64,000 bases of DNA, from the NCBI GenBank assembly GCA_030141605.1, contig JAQGDQ010000387.1:62001-126000 (forward strand), given 5' to 3'. Below are positions 51,975-64,000 of the stretch, in pieces (position 1 is the stretch's first letter; every line of letters begins with the position of its first letter). The notes under the pieces are model-generated. The model made no database searches. It was not told the DNA's origin and saw nothing but the letters and a program-made list of their open reading frames with translations. A program made the translations under genes and the position numbers. This DNA comes from Tubiluchus corallicola (Eukaryota > Animalia > Priapulida).

Positions 51975-52882
51975 CACAAAAGAATGGCTTCTATTTCCAG
52001 CTTCCAAAATCTTTCATTTCATCACATGTTGGCCATATGCACATTGTGTTTCTCGCATGTCAGACGCTTTGCAGGTATCACGGGAAGAATTCTTCCATTT
52101 TTTTCATTAAAGAATAATTAGTTTTTGTCACTCAGGTATTTAATATTTCATATTGCTTCGTTCTACGCCATTTTTTTGTTAAAATTTACATTTTTTTTTG
52201 TATTGTCGTTGTCACTTAAATAACGAGTTGTAAAAATACCCCTCATTGGTTGTAAATATTCATTCAATAACCGATAAAATAACATAACCATTGTTTTATA
52301 AGCTTAAGATGTATAATAAAGTTGTAAAAAGTGCATACGTTTTGAGCATTGTTTTAACTCGCGCATGCGCAGCAGCTCTGTGTGTATAATTGCGTATCAG
52401 GGGACGGATTCACAAAGCTTCTTACGAATTGGTTTATTTCTAAGATTATTACGTGAGACTACGTTCTTAGGCTTGCGATCGAATTCGCAAAGGTTTCGTA
52501 ACCTAAGAAGGTTATTAAAACAAAACCAGAGCCAATCTTAAACTGCAGGTCAAAACAATCTACTCTTTAAAATATTGAAAGCAAACATACTATTTTCTCA
52601 AGAGTGACTTACGTGAAAGAATTATTACCACAGAAACACAATTTCACGTTCGCGTCACTAGCTCTTCGCTGTTACATGCATTTCGCAATTCGCTAGTTAG
52701 ACGGGCACTAGCGCCCGTATTTCTGAAACGCATTACACAAAAAACAGGTGCTGTACTCATTTTAAATGATTTAGTGCGATAGGCCTACATAAATTAATTT
52801 TATATTACGTTACACTGCATTACATTTCACCACATTACAAATTCACATTATATTACATTGCACTACATTACACTACACTTCA

Positions 52883-54752
52883 TTACAAGTTTACATGCAT
52901 TTTCAAATTTTGATATTTGGGCGCAAAGTATCCTTCTATGGGCATTTCCTGGCGACTAGTACATCGTTCTCTTTTGGTCTCACTGAGGTTGTAACGATCA
53001 TTTAGCTCTTTTTTGAAAAATAATTTATACAATATCCCATTAAATGTTCCTGTTCGGATGTGTTTTTGAGTCAACAAGGTTCGATTTCGATGGATTCCAT
53101 GATGAACAAGAAACGAGTTGTCTAGAATATGAAAATGATAATCTTGGAAGCACATTTCCAAAACTTGATGTTCTCTATCGTTGCCATAACCCAAAAACCT
53201 TTCGTCATACAGCGGCTCACTGTTCTCACCTGGAAAGTACGAAGATGACAAAAGAGTGTGCAGAATTGTAGCGTCACTGTCAGTTTCATTAATGTCTAAT
53301 AGATGGCGCAACCATCTAGGACGGGTCATTGCGGCGTATAGTGCGAACCGGTACACACTGCTCTGACCTATTCCTACTATTACACCGCTCTGGTGGCGAG
53401 AGAGAGAAAGGATGGAGAGAGCGAGAGGGAGAGAGAGTGCGAGATGGAGAGAGTGCGAGAGAGAGAGACAAAGAAAGAGGGAGACAAAGAGAGAGAGAGA
53501 CAAAGAAAGAGGGAGACAAAGAAAGAGAGAGAGACAAAGAAAGAGAGAGAGAGAGAAAGAAAGAGAGAGGAGAGTTACATACCTATGTAAAATGGTTCCC
53601 ACAAAGGCGGCATCCATTTGCTTACGAAATACTCATTCATTTTATCAGTAGAAACGTTTTGCTTGGTCCACAAGTCAAAATATGGAATTCGATGACATTC
53701 TGAACAAATAAACTGAAACAAAATGACTTTAATAAATTTGCGTAAAACTTGCAGCTACTGTTATGATCGTCGTCGTGTGTTGTTGTCTGCTGTAACCACT
53801 TTGATTGTCGTCATCAGTGTATTGATCGTGATCACGGTCGTACCGGCAGTTCCTATTGTTGTTGTTGACGTTAGGTAAGGAGTTGGATGTAAAAATATCT
53901 TACCTTGTGAAATGAAACGGCTGTCTCGTTTTTTAAGAGGTCAAGTAATTCTAATCTGTCGTCTGGTAACGGCACTGACTCGTCAACTTCAAAGTGGGGA
54001 ACTACGTAAACCGCTTTTTTCTGTTCACGTGGGGGCGCTTCTGTTTCTCTCAGCCGATTGTGCATCATTTTGATGAACATTTCCATCAGATTTCTCGAAG
54101 GTTTCTGCTCCACGTCAATGGATAAAACAAACTTAGTCTTAGCAGCAAGACGAGCCGCGTTTCTGCCCACGTTAACAGGGTAAAAACCATACCGTTCCAT
54201 GTCAGGTCCTCCAGTAGGTGGCGCGGACAGATGAGAACATGTCAATTTTCTCACATTTCTGTTGGCAACACTGCAGGGAGGGGCACTGGAGGGAAAAAAC
54301 AGAGACATCGTGACAACTTCCGCAACTTTTGGGTTGCAATTTTGCATCAAATGCAGATAATCCATGATAAAATCATAGCTGTCTGTGGGTGCATACACTG
54401 CTATTGATATTGGTCCATTGTGTCTCTTCACTAAGTCTTGTAGATGATGTAGATAATGCCAGCTGACTTGCGTGGCAAGAGTCACTGATTCGTTCCACGA
54501 AAATTGCTTCGTACCTGCTGAATAGGTTTGAAATTTTCGAAAATTGAACGTCATGTTAAGCACGTTGTGGTAAAACGTTGTGTCGACCACATTGTCATGT
54601 ACCACCTCTACGCAATCTGTCCATTTCCTCATCCGCGGTTTCACATAAGGATTGGTGCTAATGTCGAGATGCAATTGCAATAATTTCACAAGTATTAATA
54701 ACGCCAATAGCTGTAAAAGCAGCAGCACGAGAAATAATGCACTCTTCCCCAT
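52883..54752 (-). CDS. GT49 glycosyltransferase (B4GAT1/LARGE glucuronyltransferase-like), ~441 aa; exons 54752-53904, 53712-53583, 53229-52883
   Basis: Type-II signal anchor, VTLATQ, GPISIAVY, YPVNVGRNAAR, SIDVE (DxE), VYVVPHFE, FHK|FICSECH, WEPFYIG, PLYDERFLGYG.DR..Q..EM and FLVH. Exon phases 0 and 1 are compatible. Confidence 0.88.
53397..53572. repeat. (GA)n-rich microsatellite in a GT49 intron
   Basis: Purine-rich run. It accounts for the low-complexity ORFs at 53316-53703. Confidence 0.95.
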
Positions 54753-54961
54753 TTGTGACACAGCAGACAAAAGGTATGTCCGTTATTGATTTTTCAGCTC
54801 ACGTTAATATTTTTCGCTTTCATAAATTCGCAACTTAAAATTACGAGATGTAAAACTTCTAAGCAGTACTAATACTCATTGGCTAACGAACCTTACTTTA
54901 CAAGTAATAGAACAAGGTCAGACCCGGTTGTCAGACAAGCTGCATTTAGTGCATAAACGAG

Positions 54962-55203
54962 CTGGCAACAGCTACATGCCACCACATCAGCTAATTACTC
55001 AAAATCCTTCTCTATTAAAGCAAAACCGGACCCAAATGTACGTCAAAATAATCTTGTTGTAGACTGTTGGCATCCTTTTGTGTTGGAAGACAATGGAGTG
55101 TGCCCTGGCAACAGCTACATGCCTTTACATCAAAATGTACGTCAAAATAATCTTGTTGTAGATTTTTGGCATCCGTTTGTGTCGGAAGACAATGGAGTGT
55201 GCG
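54962..55203. repeat. Local tandem duplication upstream of the GT49 gene
   Basis: ctggcaacagctacatgcc...aaatgtacgtcaaaataatcttgttgtaga...ggaagacaatggagtgtgc occurs twice. Confidence 0.85.
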
Positions 55204-55475
55204 CCAAGAGAGTCAGTTATTGATCACATTGATGGAGCTGCAGCGTCGACTGTGGCTGAGCAGTCCGATCTTTGAACACTGGAGTGGCCATAACTATTGT
55301 TTTTTAAGCCTAAGACGTATAATAAAGTTGCAAAAGTGCATAAGTTTTGAGCATTGTTTTAAGTGCGCATGCGCAGCGGTTCTGTGTGTATATTTGCGTA
55401 ACAGGTGGCGGATTCACAAAGATTCTTACGAACGTGGTAGTGAATCAAGCCACTGGAATAAAAACCGATTTATGC

Positions 55476-55835
<360 letters not shown>

Positions 55836-56909
55836 TAAATAGGAAAAGAGAGTAACAATTATTCTTCAATAATGACAGCGCATGTGCCAAATTTCGTAAA
55901 CATTTAAGCTACGGTTGACATTGTGTAGATTAAATAGGCATCTATTTGACAAATATTTTCAAGACGGTCCTGCGCATGCGCATGTCTTTCCTGTCAGACT
56001 TTAGACAAGTTTCGGTTCAAAAATTTAATGTTTACCATAGTTAGCCGACATTCTTAAAATTACGATTATAATTAATTAACATTTCTAATTTAATAAGTCT
56101 TCGCACTTTCGTTGTGCGTACGCGCAGTTGCTGTAGGTCAAAGGTTAAGTGTACCACAGCAATGCATCTTGGTCGAAACCGGCTAGCGGGTAAAGCAAAG
56201 TCGTCTGCAACATCAGTTTAGTAAACTTCAGTTGTTTTAAGTGAACTTTATTTAACTATAAATTAGTCTGGGCGTAGAGTGATTTACTAGCAGGATCTTG
56301 CTTGGGAACAAGAAAAAATGAGCTAGGTAAGGTTCTAGCTAGCTGTTAAAATTGTCTCTATTACAATAGCATGGGTTGCGAGGTGTTGTTACCTGTACAC
56401 AAATGCGTTGTCTATCACACTTAACCTTTGACCTTTTCACAAAAATCACAAAACTAAAACAACATATAACAGCCAGAAGTACACTGGCTTTAAATAATAA
56501 CTCATAAAATAAGCGTCTTCGTTTAAAATGAAGCATTTTATTTTAAACTTTTCATTTCAGCTCATATCAACGTAGACTTTCTAATGATAACAGTTTAAAT
56601 TCATTTCTGTGGACAAAATTTTATGCAATAATACTGTAGTTAATAGAGAATTGAGTTAAAGGGCCACGGCTTATATTATTTCTCCACTTTGTCAACAGAT
56701 GTCACCACGCTACATGCAATTGTTTACAATTGTTTATTGTTGACAGCGTGAAATAAAAGCAAATGATTTCTAGTCAGTAAATTTTCAATTGACAATAAGA
56801 CAGCAAACAGATCATTTCTGGAATAAAATTTGTGAAGCATCAAACTATATTTACTTAAAACAACAAGGTTTAAAATATCATAAACTCAACAAAGATTAGT
56901 TATGAAACG

Positions 56910-57487
56910 TGATTCTTGGAAGAAAAGTATTTATCGGGATTTGAACCCAAAGCCTAGGCGCTTAGGTACTGGGAATCTACGTATTGTCACATGAAACAAC
57001 AACATTGTAAATTAATGTCACGTCCAAAATCTCATCTTTATCTAGTTTTACTAATTTACAAACAAAATAAGCAAGTGAAGAAATGTACTTATTGGGATTC
57101 GAACCTAGTGCCTTAGGCGCTTAGGTACTGGGAATATATGTATTTTCGACAAAAAACAGCAACATCGTAAATTAATGTGAAACGTCCAAAATCTCATCTT
57201 TAAATAGTTTTGCTGAAACACAAACAAAAATAAGCAAGTGAAGAAATGTACTTATAAGGATTTGAACTCAGTGCCTTAGACGCTTAGGTACTGGGAATCT
57301 ACTTATTGTCACATGAAACAATAACATTGCAAATTAATGTCATGTCCAAAATCTTATCTTTATCTAGTTTTACTGAAATACAAATAAAATAAGCTAGTGA
57401 AGAAATGTACTTATCGGGATTCGAACCCAGTGCCTTAGACGCTTAGGTACTGGGAATACATGTATTGTCGACAAAAAACAGCAACAC
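56910..57487 (-). repeat. ~160-bp tandem repeat (4 copies), each with a tRNA T-arm/B-box-like hairpin
   Basis: On the minus strand each unit contains CCTAAGCGTCTAAGGCACTGGGTTCGAATCCC or a variant. Confidence 0.85.
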
Positions 57488-57489
57488 CT

Positions 57490-58120
57490 TGACGGTTTAG
57501 ATAATCTTCTCTCTAAAATAATTGATGTAAACAAACACATCTTTATCTGCAGCGACTTCAACTTAAACTTGCTTACCCGTGACTCGCACGATGGAACTGA
57601 ATCTTTCATCAATTGCCTGCTTAGTCATTCATTGTATTCCTTAGTCACCAAACCAACAAGAATTGTTACTTAATTGATCATTTGTGTGCTAAATGACAAC
57701 TTAAGCGTCGGCATTCTCTACAGCGATATATCTGACCATTTTCCTCAGTAACCAGCTTGAAAGTGACACTCCATTCAAAACCAATAGTTTCAAACTTAAG
57801 AATCCCTAGTGATAACACCATCCCAGACTTTACGTCCAAACTAACATCCCATCACTGGCCCCAATTTTTTTGCATACAAAATCCTGACTCGGCATTTCAA
57901 TCCTTCTTTAAAGATTACTACAATATTTACAATGATAACTTTCCGCTAGTCACAAAAATAATAAAGCCACGGATGTTAAATAAACTTTGACTAACAAGCT
58001 GGTTGATACACTCAGTTAAAGACAAAAATAAATTATATAAGGTAAAATAAAAAAATCCTACTAACCTGAACATCGACCATTATAAAACATATAGAAATAA
58101 TTTAACGTCAATTCTAAGAA
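57490..58120 (+). mobile_element. L2/CR1-group LINE endonuclease remnant
   Basis: ICSDFNLNLL...FINCLLSHSLYSLVTKPTRI...IDH...GILYSDISDHFP, interrupted by stops and frameshifts. Confidence 0.75.
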
Positions 58121-58149
58121 CTCTCCATCCAGCCTGCATTTTACCTCCC

Positions 58150-58820
58150 AAGACCTTGAATTAATACGTTGTCTCAAATCTTGTGGCTCCTATCTCTTGA
58201 CACACGGTCATGCCACTTCTTTTGGAAAATTTTGGCTTCCCGAAGTGCTCCATTGGCCACTTCAGTAGTAGACTCTAGAGTATTAATACTACGTTCAACA
58301 TACTCGTCTATGCAATATGCATTCCAGATTGGAAAGGTTGCTGCACCCCCAGCGTTATTTTGAAACAGCTAGTGGGCCCTGGGCCGGGTTTCCAAATATA
58401 TACTAGCTTATTGGGGCTGTAACCAGTCGACTCTTGAGGCACCACCAGGTAGGCGAAGAGGGCAAAATCTCAAGCTATGTCCCAAGGTAATTGTGCATCA
58501 TCTTCTGTGAGACGTATAATGGATGCTTTAAGGCTCTGATTCAAACGTTCTGTGAGCCCATTAGTGGAAGCTGAGCACGGAGAAGCATAAATTGCTTTAA
58601 CACCCAGTTATTGCTCTAATTCACGGATGATGTGAGCCATGAACTGGGGGCCACGATCTGTTAGAATCTGACGCGGAATACCAAAGCGACAACAGAACTT
58701 GAGTAGTGCCTGGACGACTGTGGTCGTCTAACTGTTCTGCAGCGGATAACAGTCGGGATATCTGGTTGCATGATCAACCAACACCAGAGAATATTTTTTG
58801 GCTGAAGGTGTCCTTGGCAC
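58150..58820 (-). mobile_element. Gypsy LTR-retrotransposon integrase remnant
   Basis: YILVLVDHATRYPDCYPL...LLKFCCRFGIPRQILTDRGPQFMAHII...STNGLTERLNQSLK...FALFAY..VPQESTGYSP, with stop codons. Confidence 0.85.
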
Positions 58821-60265
58821 TCGTTAGTCACAAGTTTGCCTGTAACTGAAAGTTCATTTGTAAATCAATATCTCTGCTAGAAAACCGTGCCAGTGATACA
58901 TTGTCCGAGCCGCCCTGAACTGCTCTTAGACATAGGCAAGAGTTCAACATAAACTATTGTATAATTGTATAAAGAACTACCAGAACTTGATCACGTGACG
59001 GGCAACTGATGGGTTGGAGTCCTACAATATTGAGTAATTCAAACAATGATCAAAAGTCTAAAAATGAGTATAATTGTTTACACCATAGAAGTACTGCTAC
59101 TAAGACATTAAGCTTGACGGATTTTGTGCAAAATGTGGAAACTTTTCTGCGCAAGATATGCATAAAATCCTGCAAGTTAAATGGATTCAATTAGTTATTA
59201 CCAAAGCTTGTTACACGTGTTCTTAACCACTTCACTGCCGTACAATTTGTATTCCAGCTGGCGCACAAGAATATTTTAGTAAAATGAAACGTTGTTACTG
59301 CTATAGGTTATTATAGTATGGTTGTTACTACACCACCACAGCTTCTATTGTTGCTGTCATCATAGCTGTTGTGACCCCCCCTACCACCACCACCAATGCC
59401 ACAGCTGCCGCCATTCCACTGCCACCTGTGTCTGCTGCTACCAGTGTCATTGTTGCTGCCATCTCTCGTCGATGTATTAGCAACTTGTGAGAATGATGAA
59501 GAATGCTGAGGAAAAACTGGAAGGGAAAGCAGAAAAGTAAGAAAAGCAGAAGTAAATAAAAGCAAAGTTTCTGATATGCAAAATACTGTTGTGCTGTCAT
59601 AATCAAAATAAATTTTTATTATGATTTAAATTCGTAAGAATTGTCGAATCATCATCATCGTCATCAGTGTCACCACCATCGTCATCAGTATCACCACCAT
59701 TGTCATCTCATTATCATCATCATTATCACATCAGTAATTTCGTGTCGTATGGTATATTTCAAAGCAGGCTGGCTAGGGTACTGTAAACCGCAGTACCCTA
59801 CTTCGACAAGCAAGTATTCACACATACAGTTTTTGAAATTTTTTGGGCATCCTTCACTGTATCAGTACAATTTGAACGCTACATTTTGTACAATATTTTT
59901 TGTAAAATATGTAAGAGCGGTGCTGTCAAATAGTACAATTTGACTTAATAGCCATTCTAGATTTCTAGTGTGTAGAATAAATAAAGGAAGGCCTAATGCT
60001 GTAATTTTTAGCTCGGGTGTACATAATTCATCAACCATACAATTTTGAAATAGTCATATCTAATTACATGTATGGATTGGCTTCACCTACCATCATCTGA
60101 TGACTCAATGCCAAATTTTGCAAGGTAATCCCTAATTTGCTCCACACTATATCTTCACTGGGCCATTTGAAGACAAAAAATACAAAAAAGCTATGCAGCA
60201 GTGTTAACATCATCCAATGAATCATACGTCCACGGATATGGTTCTGTTCACCTCCCTATACCAGG

Positions 60266-60543
60266 CAGGGCCTATTTCAGCCTAAGCGAGCCCCACGGAA
60301 GTGGGGTGTGTGAGGCCTCCTTGGGGGGTGGGGCGAAGCGCCGGGGGTGGGCGCCACCATGGTTGGCGGCCAGAAAATTTTTGAACTGCTAGAACGCCGG
60401 AGAAGCATTTTCGAAGAGAAAATATGGAGTTATACAGTATGTTCGCATAAAGCAAAAAAATAATATTACCTCGGCGCGAGGCCCCCCTGACGGGTGAGGC
60501 CCCGGGGAAGTATCCCCACTTCCCCCCCTTGAAATAGGCCCTG
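60266..60543. mobile_element. GC-rich hAT-type MITE
   Basis: 14-bp perfect TIRs CAGGGCCTATTTCA / TGAAATAGGCCCTG; degenerate 8-bp TSD ATACCAGG / GTGCCAGG. Confidence 0.8.
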
Positions 60544-61406
60544 GTGCCAGGACTCCCTGCTCGCCGCAATGCCCCATGTGCATTTATTTCTAAGGATCAG
60601 TGCTGAAATGTTTAAATCTTTCTGCGCAAAATCTAAATATGTTAACATTTGTCCTCCTGTATGTTCTTACCTGGTTCTATCTTCACTGCAACATCATCCG
60701 GTAGTCTAAGCATACACCCAATCCATCTTAAACAGCGTCTTTTTATTTACCTTGTCCAAGGTACTATTTTTTATATACATCTTTGTTTAAGATTTTCTTT
60801 GGCCATCTGATACCCAAAATGTTTCTGTAATTTCGCCTTTGAAACGCATCGATTTCAGCTTGACGATTTGCTTTTAATGTCCAGAATTCAGAGTTATACA
60901 GAAATATAGTTTCAACTAAGGCTTGAATATTCTAATTTTTGTTTCCAAATAAATCTTCCTATTTTCACAAACTTTTGTAATTTTCGAGTAAGCTGATAAT
61001 GCCATTATCTCCTGTCTTGATATCTCGTCTTCTGTTGCTAGCAGACTATCGTGATACTTGCATTTTTGCCATGATTCATCACCATTGCGTGTTATGTGAA
61101 ACTCTTTTCAGTTTTATTTCTGTTTACTACGAGATCCATTCCGTTCAGTTTCTCCTCTACTGAGTTTTTTATTTCATTTATTCAGTTTTTTACTTTTTTT
61201 AATATGTTTTAATGAAGTAAAGGCAGCAGTGACAATCATCATCAACATACGCCTGTCACGTCTATTGTAGACATTGGGCAGGCAGAATTCTAAAATAAAA
61301 GAAATCTGATTTTCAGACTGGTAAACGCAACAGCAATCCAGCAAAAGGGTAGACACTGTTGCGCATTTTGTACGTTTTTTGGCCATGAGTGTTTTGTAGC
61401 TTGTAT

Positions 61407-62200
61407 CATAGAATATGGACCACAGAAAGTATGGAATGTCCTACTGCGCAACAGTACCCTCAGTTAGTTGTTGTACACGCTCCGTACACGAACTGTTGCT
61501 GTCAGGTACGCTATAGCACGTATTCGCGCACCGATGTGTACTTTAGCAGATGAATTGAAAAGACTACCATAGCCAGGCCGGTCGACAGGCGTTCATAAAT
61601 TGTTCAGCAGTGAGTTGCAATACTGCAAATAAAAATATCTTTTTAAATTTCCCGAGGATACAGCCAGGTAATTATAACAAATGCTAATTATAACACAGTT
61701 TTGTAACTTTTGTTACAAGTTAAATATTCGTGCACTAAGCAAAGACTGCAAAGCCTACATCTGTCTTTGGCGATTTATAGCACCTGTTATATTTTTGAAT
61801 ATTATTTAAAGCAAGCATAAGTGCATAAGCCACTAAGGATAATTAGTAGTTAAAATAAAAACTATTATATTCATATCTCATGAAAATTAATAGACTTATT
61901 TACAAAAGAAGTTAAGAAAGTTGATCATAAAGAAAGTTTGCAAATATCTCGCTCATGTAATATTCTATTTCTGGAGAAATGTTTTTTCTAAAAAACATTC
62001 CTATTTACTACATTTTTACAAGGAAATATAGCTTGAAGAAATATTAGGCCTGACTTTCATGGGTAATACCTTTCAAAGAAAAAAATGATTTTTCAGAAGA
62101 GAAAATAATTTTTCCAGAACAAAAATTAATCTCTGCATGTTTTGTTAATTCCAAATTAAAAGATGTTTAAAAAGCATATAATCATAAATTGGCCTTTGTT
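61407..62200 (+). mobile_element. Second THAP/P-element-like remnant (left end)
   Basis: Colinear with 46434-46990, including FKFPEDTAR|gtaatt and the following intron repeat. Confidence 0.65.
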
Positions 62201-62350
62201 ATGATTTGAAGTTGGTTATAAAATCACGTTGAACAAACGGAGATGCATTTACGTCATTACACCTCTTTTTTATTGTCACTGAACCAAAATAACAAAACGA
62301 AACATCAGAATTGTCATCCTGAGCAGCCAATATTACTTCTGCTACTATAA

Positions 62351-62404
62351 CAACCAACTCCGCCATAGCCGGTCCCAAGCCCGGTTGAGAGAGGAGGAGG
62401 GTTG
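62351..62404 (+). ncRNA. Twister ribozyme (type P1) at the RTE 5' end
   Basis: C|AA-CTCC-GCC-ATA-G-CCGG-TCCC-AA-GC-CCGG-TTGAGAGA-GGAG-GA-GGG-TTG. P2 62358-61/62393-96, P4 62369-72/62381-84, T2 GC/GC, T1 CCC/GGG, with the conserved catalytic A62356 and G62397. Confidence 0.88.
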
Positions 62405-64000
62405 GGCTTAGGGTTAGCACCCCTATCCTGTAAAAGTTCTCAATTGCTACAGAAACAGACAGAAACAAATCTACTGACACAAGTCGGCACAAAGCAGAAA
62501 GTTCGACCCATGTTATGACGATGCTAGGTCAAAGCCGAGAGGAAGCCCAGCATCCGATGAAGAACTCTATACTGAGTGCCACAAAGGTGACAAAAATTGG
62601 CACCTGGAATGTAAGAACAATGTTCCAAACAGGAAAAATGGCCCAAGTTATCCGGGAATTCAACAACTATCAACTCAGTATCTTAGGCGTAACGGAAGTG
62701 AGATGGACAGGAAGCGGAAACATCAAGAGTGGAGAAACAACCTTTCTGTATTCAGGACCAGAGGAGGATCACCAGAGAGGTGTTGGTCTGATGCTGAACA
62801 AAGAGGCAGCAAAGACACTAATAGGATGGAACCCAGTCAGTGAGAGGATAATAACTGCCCGAATGCAGTCAAGGCATGCGAAAACAACTATTGTTTGCAT
62901 TTACGCACCAACTGAAGATACAGATGAACAAGTTAAAGATGATTTCTACCAACAATGTCAAGATGTGCTGAATGACATCCCCAGCCATGACATCATTCTC
63001 CTCATGGGTGATATGAATGCAAAGATTGACAACAACAGACACGGATTGGAGCATGTAATCGGGCCACATGGATCAGCTCAAGAAACAAACAACAATGGTG
63101 AACGGCTCCTGATGTTGTGCAATTTAAATGGACTGTGTATTGGAAATACTTATTTTGCCCACAAAACCATCCACAAGAAGACATGGAGGTCACCAGATGG
63201 AAATACACAGAACGAAATCGACTACATCTGTATCAGCAAGAGATGGAGATCAGCACTGAAAGATGTGAAAGTATGTCGTGGAGCTGATGTGGGCTCTGAC
63301 CACCACCTAGTTCAAGGAAAAGTGCAGCTCAAACTGAAAAAGATACAAAAGCCAAAAATCACTAGACCTTTTGCGGTTGAAAACCTGAAAGACCAACAAA
63401 AAGCAAGGAGTTTTGAACTTGCACTTAGCAACAAATTTGAACCACTACTACAAGCCAACGATATTGAAGAACAGTGGAAAATATTCAAAGAAGCAGTAAC
63501 AGCAGTTGCAGATGAACAGATCGGCAGAAGAAGGGGTAACAGAAAAGAAATGTGGATACAAGAAAAAACTTGGGAATTAATTGATGAAAGAAAGAAGACT
63601 AAGCAAATGAGAGACCAAGCAAAAACACCAGAAAGCAGGAGTCAAGCCAATGAGCAGTACCAACTGGCAGATAGAGCAGTAAAAAGACGTTGCAGGAGGG
63701 ACAAGAACGAATGGTTTGAAAAGAAGGGTGAAGAAGCACAGTTAGCAGCCAGCCATAATGATACCAAGACTCTCTACAGAATTGTTAAAGATCTAACGGG
63801 AACAGGAGGCACCCCAGCTGTGCCAATCAAGAACAAAAGTGGTGTGACTCTCACAACAACAGAACAGCAAAACGCACGATGGGTGGAACACTTCAAGGAA
63901 GTTCTCAACCAGCCAAACCCAACAACATTATTCAATTTTGAGAATGAAATTGGACAACAACAGCTAGATGTAAGATTGGACAACATCAGTGAACTGGAAG
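62356..64000 (+). mobile_element. RTE-clade LINE with an intact 5' end; ORF starts at ATG 62515 and runs off the window
   Basis: MTMLGQSREEA...IGTWNVRTM...LGVTEVRW...GVG...YAPT...GDMNAK...TWRSPDG...IDYI...GSDHH (APE endonuclease), with no stop codon seen. Near-identical to 38776-39547. Confidence 0.97.

Noticed and set aside
53316-53703. Ser/Leu- and Glu/Arg-rich ORFs, and the N-terminal half of ORF 52883-53617
   Set aside because: They are translations of a (GA)n intronic microsatellite. Only 53229-52883 and 53712-53583 fit the GT49 model.
6000-54752. A functional gene cluster (luciferase-like, LRR, XPD, GT49, all on the minus strand)
   Set aside because: The functions are unrelated and the intergenic gaps are multi-kb and repeat-filled. 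Shared orientation of four genes is not evidence of a system.
60095-60140. Hammerhead core CTGATGA
   Set aside because: No downstream stem II-GAAA is present.

Overview
AT-rich, intron-rich animal (invertebrate-like) genomic DNA, not prokaryotic. I built five spliced gene models by hand from GT-AG boundaries and reading phase. (1) The 3' end of a type-I membrane protein with an acidic dileucine tail and a candidate 8-nt microexon (+, 1-3201). (2) A 9-exon, 551-aa firefly-luciferase-like/4-coumarate-CoA-ligase-like acyl-CoA synthetase ending in the peroxisomal signal SKL (-, 6000-15501). (3) A TPBG/5T4-like LRR receptor with one coding exon and a duplicated YKSL tail (-, 23718-24959). (4) A complete 18-exon, 763-aa XPD/ERCC2 helicase (-, 27356-46032). 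(5) A 3-exon GT49/B4GAT1-like glycosyltransferase (-, 52883-54752). The rest is transposon-rich: two near-identical young RTE LINEs, Penelope, CR1, L2-like, Gypsy and THAP/P-element remnants, MetaSINE-like SINEs, pogo/hAT/Kolobok MITEs and several minisatellites. The most notable non-coding signals are two self-cleaving ribozyme motifs. One is a near-canonical twister ribozyme at the 5' end of an apparently intact RTE (62351-62404). The other is a decayed minimal hammerhead in a Penelope remnant inside the luciferase-like gene (11183-11223). Both ribozyme-element associations have precedent. I found no convincing evidence of a wholly new system. All homology calls come from motif recognition, not database searches.
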